DNA of 64,000 bases, taken from the NCBI GenBank assembly GCA_040954595.2, contig CM082590.2:10132088-10196087 (forward strand), written 5' to 3'. A program made the position numbers and the translations under genes. The notes beneath the pieces are model-generated. The model was not told the DNA's origin and searched no databases. It saw only the letters and a program-made list of their open reading frames with translations. The DNA is from Balanoglossus misakiensis. Taxonomy: Eukaryota; Animalia; Hemichordata. Of the stretch, positions 22,828 through 34,882 are shown piece after piece (positions within the stretch are counted from its first letter, which is position 1; the number at the start of each line of letters is the position of its first letter).

Positions 22828-25800
22828 ATATTTGAATTTGATTTAAGCAACAGAGTTATTTTATTATAGTTAATATGTCATGATTGGGCTCTAAGTTTGC
22901 GGTTTTTGTCCCCAAAAGGGGCAAAATGCTTACTTTTGGCATATTTCCGGATGGCCTAGTGCAAGAGGGAATCTCTTGCAATGGGACAAAGATTTTTTTG
23001 CTGTTTAGCGTATTTTAGTTTCCCTCTATCCATCTCTCCCTCTCCATTCGCACTTTGTCATACACGACGTGAACAATCTGCGATTCTACTCTCTGGGCTT
23101 CCTTGTCCGGGTCAAAGGTCACTGCAAAACACCAGACCCTACTCTCGGACCATGAAAAATAATATGACTCACGCGTTCTATGATTTGTTGCCTTTGTTCT
23201 CACATGACAGGGTCTCAGTAAACTTAAATTCAAAACAGAAATCGAGGAATAGCTCAATAGTTCGTGTACGTTTGGTAGATGTATGGTACATCCCCTAGGT
23301 CCAGCCATCCATAGTTACATGTATGTATCTATGTAAGCATGTGTATGATGGGATGGGTGGATAGCTGAACGAATGATCACTCATGTTTGATCGTGCTGTC
23401 GAATGATTTTGTCGGATAGGTGAAACTCTGAAACTCTCAGTTAGGTGGTGCTGCTGATTGATCGAAGCAGCTCTGAAATGACAAATGGATGAAGGCCTGT
23501 ACGACAGCTGACGCAGTAACCCCCTGCGCACACCCATCCACCGAGTCATCAAAACCTCCCGCAGAAACATACATCACCCACATTTGCCACGACACTGACA
23601 TTGCAGTTGGGGACGTCACACTCAGCTGTCGCCATTTTTCATGACCTCTCAGAAACCCCATGAGACTCCCGGCCAACTGGGACACCGTGCCTTCTCGAAA
23701 AGTGCTCGCGACACGATACACTGTTATCAACCCAATGAGGAAGTGAGACCTTAAGTACTGCACAACAATCCAGAAACTCGGTCGCCTCTCTGAAATTAAT
23801 ATCTACCATCTGGAAATCTTAAACGTATTAGTCACTCGACCCCTTTCGATTGTGTTCCGTTTTTCCCTGATATGCACTTTAGGATTCCCGTGACCACATT
23901 GTCATTCTCAGATTGATGCAAATCTGGCCGCGTTATTGATGTCATTGTCGTCGTCGCTGTTGTTTAATGTTATAATTGAAACGGTATTACTAACAGAAAT
24001 GTACAGGGACATTGGACAGAGATTACGAAAGATGAATAATCATAAAAGATAAACTAAAGATATCTTGTAATCAAACTTTTCACTTAGTAATAGGGGTGAT
24101 TTCTGTAATGCTTGACAGTTACAAATGAATTTCAGTTTACACAAACTAGGATTCCATGTCCCTAGTTACGTCCACTTCCGCCATTGTTTCCAGCAGAGTA
24201 CTTGACGAGACTACAATCTGCAGACGACAATTTTTGATGCATCACACACAGGGCAATAAATCAATCATCATGTGTCTTCCATGTTTCGATTCTTCCAAAA
24301 CTCAGTGTGTGAGTCACGCGTGTCAATCGTCAGATCATTTTTTCTAGCTTGACCCCGAGGTCACGACCCCAAACTGAGGTCACTCTCCTAATTCTCTCCA
24401 TCCCGCGCCCTCTTTGTCGTCTGTCAGATTTGCAAAACCCGATTGCCCTGGTATTGAAAAATTGCCAAAAACAACCGGCCCGCGAACGAGGAAATGGTAG
24501 CGGTTCAGGAACGTGACAGGCCTCACATTTCCCGCGCTTCAGATTTAAATTGATGACATAAACATAACAAATGATTTGATGCAAATGACTTAATTTAAAC
24601 AAATGATGGAAACAGTTGGCGCGGTCCTGCTTGAACCTATCCTAATTTCTGATTCATTGTACAAAGCAGTTTATCCTCTGCGCCAGATGCACGGTGTTAG
24701 AGTTCTAATTGTTATAGTTTAGTCAATTCATCTCTCTCCTCAGCACACATGGGTATAAGGATTTCGTTTAATTGATGACATATAAACAAATCCAACTAAA
24801 AGATCCGATGTCAATTGTTGGCTGAACCTGTCTTGAAATTCCTAACCCTAATTTGACGGACTAAGTCCCAAGGTGTTACCATTCGCACACTTGTGAAAGT
24901 AAAAGATGATTTTTGATTCCAGAAGATCATGCTATACATGTCGTTCTCTAACCCAGATTACCCTCAAATCTCTTCTGTAGTCGACCAAGAAATGTATTTC
25001 CTTAAAAAAATCTAAAACATTAAAAATCGGTTTCTGATATTCGGTTTCTGATGCAACGCTTCCTGAAACATCCGGAAGTTGCCGAGTAGTGACGAAACGT
25101 CCAATACCAAATTTCAATTTCTCCGAATGTTACATGAGATAGTTATTTCTAGATATCGATTTGGACAGTTTTCGGATGTTGACTAAGAAAATGCACTACT
25201 CTCTCTGAGCGATGTATCGGTATCAGTTAGAATTCTAGGAACTGTCTGGTTTACTTGACTTTCAGTTTCATTGCGTAGATCATCATGATTTTGTTTTTCC
25301 GCTTCCGAGAACAACTCTTTGTCACGAAAACACACAGAAAATGCACGCGGAGTTGTACAAAACGACGATCAACTTCCACCGCCAGCTTCGTTTCAGCTGT
25401 ACTTCTTCTGTTTTACCCAAAGCGACATAGAGGGCGCGTCACAGTTCAGTGTACGAGTATGCTTCAAAGATCTCTGATCGCGCATAACGCAGGCGACGAA
25501 CATACATAAAGGGGCCCGGGCGAGGGGATATACAATTTGCAGTGTGTCTTTCAGCTCCACGGATTAAGGGAAAACCTACCTTACTTTGACACACGTGTCC
25601 ACAAAGATTTTCCAGTGACAAATAGGGCCCTACAAGTTGCACGAAATATGTAGCTCATTCATGAGTTGACGGCGAAAGTCGCCCTCAACGATTATTTCCT
25701 TAAAGTCTTCGTTCTCTGCTTGGTTCCAGGCGTAGTCCAAGATGGCGCTGTTTCCCTCGCTGAGTTGATGTAGTCTTGAAATGTAACTCTGGCACTACAG

Positions 25801-26056
25801 TATCGTTACATCTAGAAGGGTAGGGGGTGATTCACCCCCTGTTAACATGTTGGCACCCCTTGCACTTTGTCAAGGGGAACCAGAGCCCTGATACTAAGGT
25901 GACCCCCCTCCCAGCATGTAATCCCCAAAATACTTGTATATTGGTAAAAGGGGATAATTCCTTTTACCAATACTAGATTGAACTCTCCTACAGAACAATT
26001 AATATAAAATAGACAAGCCCAAATAGTTTTTGGGCTTGTCTATTTGGCTGTGGGCC

Positions 26057-26295
26057 GTATTAAAAGTGGAAGGGCTCGTCGCGCCGCGTTTTTGTGTTTA
26101 TAAACTCCCTCGACTCGAATAAGATAACTCTTAGAATGAACAAAGCAGCCAACCATAGCGTAGACTGGGCATGACACCAACTGAAGATCCTAGTAGATCG
26201 TGGCGACTGCAGTGGGGTTTGTGCTGGTATGGGAGGACATATTCTCATCAAGGGGGGACACCCTCGCGGCGCGACGACCCCTTCCCTTTGAATAC
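26057..26295. mobile_element. MITE with about 31-bp imperfect terminal inverted repeats
   Basis: gtattaaaagtggaagggctcgtcgcgccgcg (26057-26088) versus cgcggcgcgacgaccccttccctttgaatac (26265-26295): 2 mismatches and 1 indel; TTAA-like ends. Confidence 0.7.
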
Positions 26296-29200
26296 TTTGT
26301 AAAGGGGCCCAGTCTTCCTTACTGTTCATACTCATGTTAAGATGAGACTTACATCCACCTCAACTAGACTTCCCTGAACAGTTCTGTGTCCGGGTTCCCC
26401 TTCTTTAATTACCAACAACTATTACAGTAGTTACAAGGGCGGACATCATGTGAGGTGGTTGCCTTATACATCCTCTTCGAGCACTGGTAATGACCATCAG
26501 ACTGGTAGTTTGATCAGTCTTTTCTGAAAATAAGCAAATCAAAGAAAAAGATGATGTTAGTATTGCTTTTATTATACCCTTGCATTCTACCTTACGAATT
26601 CCATTGAGGAATACTAAAACAAATGTGCCCTCGTGTGTGACTGCGCCCGCATACGACTGAATCGGAATTTGAGTCTATTCCAGTCTGCTGGGCAAACACA
26701 ATGACAGCATCGATGCTTTTATAAAACGTACACAGAACTAGAAACGAGAGTTTATAGAGTACAAAGCACAACACATTCAACATAGAGAATAAAAAACAAA
26801 TGATAACATCTTCTTTGACTGACACTGATCAGTGCCAAGAATACAGTCATGTATCTTTCCTCAAAAATCAAATCAGTCAATGATTTGCATATTCTACAAA
26901 AACAGTCTTGCGACACACTGAATTGTGTCCTTTCTGAAAATGATAGAAGGACGTAACTTGCTTTAAGACATCAAAAATTCTTTCTATGCATGCTATTCGA
27001 GAGAAATTTAACACAATATTTTCCAGGTCAATACTTGGGGTTGCATCTGTCGCGAGAAAAGGGCCCGAAGCGATGACAACCAAAAGCACACTTAGAATAC
27101 AAGTGCACAGGTTAAAAATCAGGATTTGCTGGGATAGATGCGAGCGCCCTCTGCGTAAACGGATATCAAACAGGCGATTTGCTGGTTGCTTTTTAGATTA
27201 AGGAAGACTTCACGGAATCACAACTGAACAAATTTGTCCCGGGAGGCTGTGAGAAATACCCATTACCCGATATAATGTGTCAAAATGGCTTCTGTGAGGC
27301 TAAACGAGAGACGACAGAAAAAGCTTAATACTTTTCACGCTTGTTAGACAGAGTGTTAAATTAAACTCGCAGAAATTTTTCGAACACAGAGAAAATAAGA
27401 CGGAATTTTACCGCGATTTTGGACTAAATTGGATCACATATACCTTAAGATGTCGAGATGTTATTTTTTTTAAATAGAAGGGCTAAAAATTTGGAATTAT
27501 TACGAATTTTTGGCATGTCTCGAGGAAATGTAGTTGGTGCTTTTCACGCCTGTTTGACACTATGTACAATCCAAATGGAAGTGGCAGTGAGGTAAAGCAT
27601 CACAGTTACCTGCAGACGATTTCCACATCAGTAAGAATTAAAGGTAAAAGCATGAGAGTGCTTAATGGAAAGAAGAATTGAATGAGCAACTAAAAATATT
27701 GCAAGTTGTCGGCCATCTGACGTCCGCGCCTCTAAATGGCGAACCATGGCAAGCGTGAAAATGTCGGAAGCGCGAAAATACATCAAAGTTGTGGCATGTT
27801 TATTACGGCTTAATGATCAGACTATGAGGAGCTTTTAACAACAACGGACCGACATCAAGTGTCGTCTGCACGTACCCATCAATTCCCCTACCGATAGCGT
27901 ATCTCGGCGACATGCGCTTTGAAGAAGGCAATACTTCTCCTTCAATAAGTCGAAAATCTCGCGCTAATTTGTCAAAATATTGAACGCAAACGCCAATACT
28001 CTCATCCATGTCGAACATTCGACCAGAATTATCAAAAGTTCTCTTGAAAATTGAAAGAAGTGGTTGTCGTTTTCATTTCTGGCGGAGCGGGGAAAGGTTT
28101 GACTTCTACACTCCGAAAATGGCGGTTGACTAACACGCTTGGACAGCTGCGAAGTCTCTTATCAGAAGTGGAATTTATCTCTTATCCACTTCTTCAATCT
28201 CTTTTCCACTTCATAGTTCTTAGTTGCGTTCGCTTATCGCTTCAATTTCTTGAGTGAGCAGAGATTTGTAATCTAAAGAGACAGAGCGGGGGTATAATGG
28301 CACTGCCTTGCTGTTAAATGTTGGCGTGATATGTACACGTCTCCTCGCCACTAAAAATAGACTCGGGGAAAAATAACAGTTTAGAGTGAATCGTTGCGTT
28401 TCGACGAAGAACCGAAAATCAAAGATAACAAAGCACTGGCGCATTCTCTCTGCTGTTTTGGCTTAGAGTAGTCGGACGCTGGTAGGATTTTCTCGTTCAA
28501 TGTCGTCGCCATTGCTGATATTTTTACACAAGTTCAACGGAAATAACGCGAGATTTTTTTCACAGAAAACAATATGGCTGACGGAGAATTTCTGACGGCG
28601 AGATCAATGCTGTTGCTGGAGGTTCAGTGATCCTTTCCCTACAATCGACATTTTGATTCAAATTGGACGAAAACCGTTCAAAACAGAAGGGGTTAATAGA
28701 TTTCGAGACAGACGATCAGTAATCATTATGAGGTTTGGACGAGAGACGAACTTCAAAATATCCCAGACCAGTAATCAGTCATTCTGCTGCCATATTGAGG
28801 CATATTTCTGCATGTTAATGAGAAGAAACTCATGCATATTAATGAGGTCATATTTATACATATTGATGACGCCAGACGTTGTTTTATGCACTATGTGATC
28901 AGAGCTCATGATGGGTTTTGAGAATAATCATGTTTTTAATGTAGAAGCTTATACCGACCAACATAACATTATTTCAAACTATGCGTCTTCGCTTGATTGA
29001 AATTTCGAAATTTTTATTTTTGCGAAATTTCAAGTCTTCATATCACTTTTTGCATTACTATTATATATTTGGTAATAGAGGCGCTTGTAAGTTTTAAACG
29101 TGTAAAATCTGGAAAAATCTTATAGCGTTAAAGCTGGTCTCAAGTAATTCGAAATTTCTTTATTTTTATATAAAGCTGCTATTCTCTAGCGGTTTAAAAA

Positions 29201-32200
29201 TCGTGGTCAGAAGAGGTAAGTATCGAATTAGTTAAACCTAATTAAAATGTGATCTCTTTTGTTCTTTTCATCCACCATTATGATAAGACTTGTGTAACGA
29301 ACAACCACTTTGGTACATGCAAGAGTATTGTTAAATAACATACAGGAAGGACAATACGCATTGAATATCAGAATGAAACATTTTCGATCATCACCAGTCC
29401 ACGACAGCTGTGGCCACACGCGCAGCAATAGTTGAAATGGGGATAGTCAAACCTTCCACCAGAAAGTGACCCGCATACTTGACGTCATTGAGGCGTACCA
29501 ATGTCGCGATTACGTAAGGGTCCCTTCACTCCCCAATCGACACATTTCACTAATGGTAATCCCATGTAAAGTTATGCTAATCCATGCTACCTCCTCATAT
29601 ACAATGAGATCTTTCACATGTGTTTAAGCGTTTGTAATTTTAACGGAGAGGAATTTAAAAGGGTCGATAAAAACTATTTGGTGTCTTCACATTAAATAAT
29701 TCCTTTAGAGCAGTTTTCATTTTGATGTTTGGTAACAGGTGGCCTTGACGATGCCTGTTAGACCATATTTTGGGGGATGGATGACGAAACGCGAACATGT
29801 GGTTTGGCTTTGTACTAGTATATCACGAATGGTTACGCCATCTCAAACAGTCCTGCATAGTAATGCGAAATTGTTAAAAGGGTTGATGTTGTACCGTCTG
29901 CGGCTGCGGGTATAGGTTCCAGACCACACCGTTATTCTCTTAATTTAAGTTCTTGTTCTTCCACTTTGCGTTAATTATGTCAAAAGCTCGTTGGTGACGT
30001 AAAAGTCCAACATTGTAAGCAGCGTTCTATAAAATCACACACATGAAGGATTTTTTCGCAACCTGAAATACTGCCACGCGATGGGATTATTTTCGGGTGT
30101 ACAAAGCTAAAAAGCCGCATGATGGACAATAGATTATATAAAAATGGAGAATTAAAAACATTCAATGGGTTAAATTTTATCGTCTGATTGAAAGCGCGCC
30201 AAATTGGCCTGGGTCGCGAACGACAATCTAATGTCTGCCGCACGGAGTGAAATCCCCGTGTGGGCTTTAATGATGCCAACACCATCCGGGGAACTTATTT
30301 ACGACAAAAATGTCCGATCATAAAAATTGCGCGTGCTGAATCATTGATGGGGAAGAGAGAACTCGAGGATGGGAAAGACACTCCGGAGAATACGGTACTC
30401 AGGAGGCTTTAATGAGAATTTTTTTTGACTCGTCGAATATGTGTGCTCCGGCGACTGGGGTACACCCCTCTCGCGGATATCAATGCGCTGAGGTCAGAGG
30501 TCACGTCAAACGTTCGCCTGATTAGCCGAACATTTTCTTTCTGAAATCTCATGCTCTTTTCCCATCGCGATCTTATGGTGCCATGGCAACATGGACTCAT
30601 TCAAAACTTCGAACCGCAGACTGCCTGTAGTACAGATGAATCAATGCAGTTGTTGCGTAACAAACTTTTAATATAAGTTTTCAAAACATCGTCTTGCTTA
30701 CATTCCTCGTATTAGGAGAGGGTCTAAATATATTCTTTACGCCCAGCGCAAAATTGTCCAACTTCCAAAAATGGAACTTTCTGTAAGGCAGTGACCGTCG
30801 AATATTCACCATACAGGGAATTGCAAATGTCTAATTTATCTTCATGTTTGAAGAAGACCCCGTTCAATGTCATTCTGACATCATGGGTGCTTACTGTCAT
30901 CATGAATTAAGATTAATATATTATAATTGTGTTTATTGTTTTGATGAGGCAAGGAAGACCTAAAATATCTGGAGAAAGTACACGTGTCACATATATTTGG
31001 ACAATAAAGTTCAATGTTTTATGGCGGTCAACAAATTTGTTTCCCTAATTACAACCTATACCACCAGTTCAGCAGCCGGTGGCATTAACTCGTGATTCTT
31101 GTTCCTTCAACAGAACTGTGTGTTCTCAGCTTTAATTGATGGACAAGGGAGGCCAGGTTGATGTTAGTATCTCTGAGGGGCAGGGAATGTTCCTTCGTGA
31201 AGGCTTGTCTGCTGAGACCACGAAGCCAAGCGAGAGTGAGCGAACGAACGAACGCCAGAGTGAGCGAGGCCGACCGTGACGGGGAATAACAACTGCGCTC
31301 AGCATTCCGGGGGGATGGCGAATACTGACAGTGATTCTAGAAATCCACTTTCGCGGATAACTGAAGCGTGTGCACTATCAGCTTCCCAAAGATTAAATGG
31401 GCGACGTGAACCGATGAAAAGTGGTGGTTTCAACTTCCATCTATTGACTCTAATCGCCTATTTGTTGTAAACCAGGAGTTAAGCCTAAACCAATATAACA
31501 AAATGACAATTCTGAAATCTCTCTATTGATAACGAACAAGCATTAATCTTCACCAATGATTAATATAAACTGCGCGAGCTGTGTGTGAACAAACAAATGT
31601 TCAAAAAGCTGAATGGTGTTTCATTAAAAATTTCTTCAAATAATATAGGCTCAAAAATTCTCTGCCCTTTAATGGATAAAAAGAAAATTTGAAAAGCATT
31701 ATACCTTTGTAATGATACCTTATTAATGACACTCATTACTCGCTAGTGTATAGGGTATAACAATTGAGGCGATGGTTAAACCTTTAATTTAGATGGGAGA
31801 GAAAAACAAAGAACATTCGCCTGAAGTAAAATTTTACGAGCGCATTTTAGTGGAGAGCGGCTGTAGGTCATAAGATGCGTGATTTGCATAAAAAATCGCT
31901 TGCCACTTAGAGGAAATTTTTTGCCAAACGACAAAATGTGCATTCCCATGTGCGCCATTTTGGATAGCAGGTTAAAGCATAATGAGAGCCGCCATTAATT
32001 GCGATGCACTCGGCTATCATAAGGACATTAAAGTCAATTACACGACCATTTATTGTGATATGGATAGAGTATACAGTCACTTACGCCGTAATCATTCTGT
32101 CATGTAACGACTAATCAGTACAATTTAGAGCAAATTTAGAACGCTGACGCCGTCCTCTCCATTTGCGCGCCAAAACTTTACACCACGTATCGTTCAGTTG

Positions 32201-33064
32201 GCAATTTCACGACATGCGTGGACGCGCCATTCTGAATTTTGAACGAAATGTGAATAGGTAAAGTACTGACTAGGATGGTTGGACCAATGTAGACCAATGT
32301 AGATAAAACAAATAAGTTTCCAGTATTACAAAATGAGACTTGCTTTATTTCCTCTGATTGACTTAATGCAAAATCTCACATGATCATGCATCATATTTTA
32401 ATTTAAGTTTATATATTCTACTACTAAAATATCACTTAACAGAGAGCCACAAACTTAAAATTGGTCACACATATCCAGTATACAGCACGGGCAGAGTAAA
32501 CGAATATATCCTCAGTTGGGGGAGGACATCTATGGTTCAAAGTCTCGGAAACAAAGAGACGTTTATCACTAAAATTTGATGAATATTGCTTATTTATCCT
32601 GCCATTTTCTTCCATTAAATCGGTTATGTTCGGGTCATTTGACCGTCAGCTATCGGCAGCGCGATATGAATAATAGAAGACGATACAAGGCAAATAGGCT
32701 AGCATATGTGATTTTGAGACCGAGTATCGCCGTGCGGGCTGCCAGAGCGTGCAGTCAGTAATCGCTGCGTTGATAACACCCGCCAAACCTACGTCAATGA
32801 GTCCATTATGGCGACATTTTACATCATTATTACTTATTCTATCGGCCGGGTTTGTCAAGAATAGGCAGAGAGTGGAAAGTGCTCATCGATTGACAAGTGA
32901 TTTGGTTTTCCTAGCATTAAACGAGGGCCACGCGCCTCGGGGTTTAGGCACTTCGGCGTGGGCGCATTCTTTAACGATTTTATTTAAGTAGATTTTAGGA
33001 TGGGATTTTTAAGGTTTGCTCGCGATTGCTGTGTTAGCGTTCGGTGACCTCTGCGCAGTCTCAA

Positions 33065-33199
33065 GGAGAGAGAGGGGGGGGGGGAGGAAAAGGGGGAGAC
33101 AGGGAGACAAATGCGATACGATTGGCAGAGACAGAAAGAGGAAAGGGTGAGAGACTGAGAGAGAGAGGGAAGGGGAGAGATTGACAGAGGAGGGGAGGG

Positions 33200-33235
<36 letters not shown>

Positions 33236-33305
33236 GACAGACAGACACACAGACAGCAATATAGAGGAAGAGAGCTTGTGTTGAACGCACTCGGGAGAGA
33301 GAGAG
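33065..33305. repeat. Purine-rich (GA)n/(GACA)n low-complexity tract
   Basis: Direct reading; explains the spurious S/L/V-rich antisense ORFs. Confidence 0.9.
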
Positions 33306-34794
33306 CAAGCCAGCCCAAATTATCAGCTAAACACGGCTTCCGTTTGCCTAACTTTGTCGTGATTATCTGCAATATTGCAAATGCTTGTACGCTGTTATAT
33401 CAGAGTACCTAGGAGCTATTAGCGCGTCCCTCTGGGATCTCGCTGACACTGTGTTTTTTAAATGATTTATCATAGCATAATTGAGCCTTATCATTAGACC
33501 GAGGGGTGCAGTAGGCAACCAAACCCAACCGGAAAAGATAACGATCACCCCCTGTGGAAAACATAAACGGGCCAGAAATCAAGCCAGCCTCGGTCTTTCG
33601 AGGAATTTGCGCGCTTCGCTAAATAAAGATGGACGGGCCCACTGACATGCGGTTGTCCTGGGAGACAGATTACCCACAATGCCACAGGCAAAAAAAATCA
33701 ACATTGTTCCTTTTTTCGGACTACACTGATTATCCGCTTTTAATATCTATCTTTAACTATCCGTTAAAGCTATTATTTCCAATAAATCTGGAGTTACACG
33801 CGTTTACTTTTTTATGATCATGATTCGTCCGAGGAAGGGACAAGTACAGATCTTGTTTTTAACAAACAAACCTATGTGTCACACACTATGTCGGAATGGT
33901 GACTTACAGTTTTAACGGCCATTGTTACTGTTGACAAACGGCCATTGTTATTGTTGACAAATTAATTCTTGTCCGGACTTAAATTCACAATAACAGTGCT
34001 GCCTATACACATATCTGCTGTGTTGATAATGTTTCAGGAGTTTGAACATGAAACTGCAGTAGATACACAAAGCGAAAAATACAGCTAATGGAGCTTTAAT
34101 GAACACAAATCCGAGTTGTCGTTTTATGGACGAATAGTCTCCGCGAGGCGCCATCACGTGATAGCGAAGCGTCGAAGATAACCGCGGTAGGATGTTGTCT
34201 GAAATTGCCAGCCGTGGAACTACATTTGTATCTGACTGGGGAGTAAATCAAACCAAGAGACGAATGTTAGAGTTGGCGCTCTTATGATGGCGAGAGGGGT
34301 GACGTGTGAAAGAAACATCATTTCTTGACAGAGACGACATCCTGGAAATTGAACGAGGTATTAGTAGACTTGTAAGGCGGGAAAAGGTGATTAAAAGTCA
34401 CTGGGTAGAAATGTCAAAGTACATTAGATAAACATTAATGGAAATCATACACCCATTAGTCTCTGCGATCTGTTAGTCCGCGTTTAAGTTCCGACACATT
34501 TTGTCGTCTGCTGAAAATGTTCCCTTCTTTTAGTCCTGATTTGATTATGTGGAGTGTAATGGAGTAATCTACGATGATGGATTCTCATTCTTGTTCTTTT
34601 TGACTTGTGATTCGTCCGTTCTCAAGAGAGCAAGGCTAACGCCAAGTGTCTTCACCGCGGAAACTATTCAGGAAAATCTCTTCTCGGTTTGACAGGTCTT
34701 ATTTATCGTTTCAGAAGAAGTTTATCCTCGACATTTCCGTCGTGTTTCATTTGTTTTGCCAGACTGTGTTGTTATTCGTTCTTTTAAGCTTGAC

Positions 34795-34882
34795 CCTCTC
34801 TCTCTATCTCGCCCTCCCTTTCTCTCTCGCTCTCCCTTTCACTGTCTCTCTTGCCCTCTCTCTCTCTTCCTTCCTCTCTCTC
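34795..34882. repeat. Imperfect (CT)n tract
   Basis: Direct reading. Confidence 0.85.

Noticed and set aside
32984-33372. Low-complexity ORFs rich in S/L/V/C (also 11727-11936, 34646-35158, 44588-44833, 51519-52082, 52310-52570, 59664-60062, 61395-61628)
   Set aside because: Products of stop-free microsatellites, with no protein-family features
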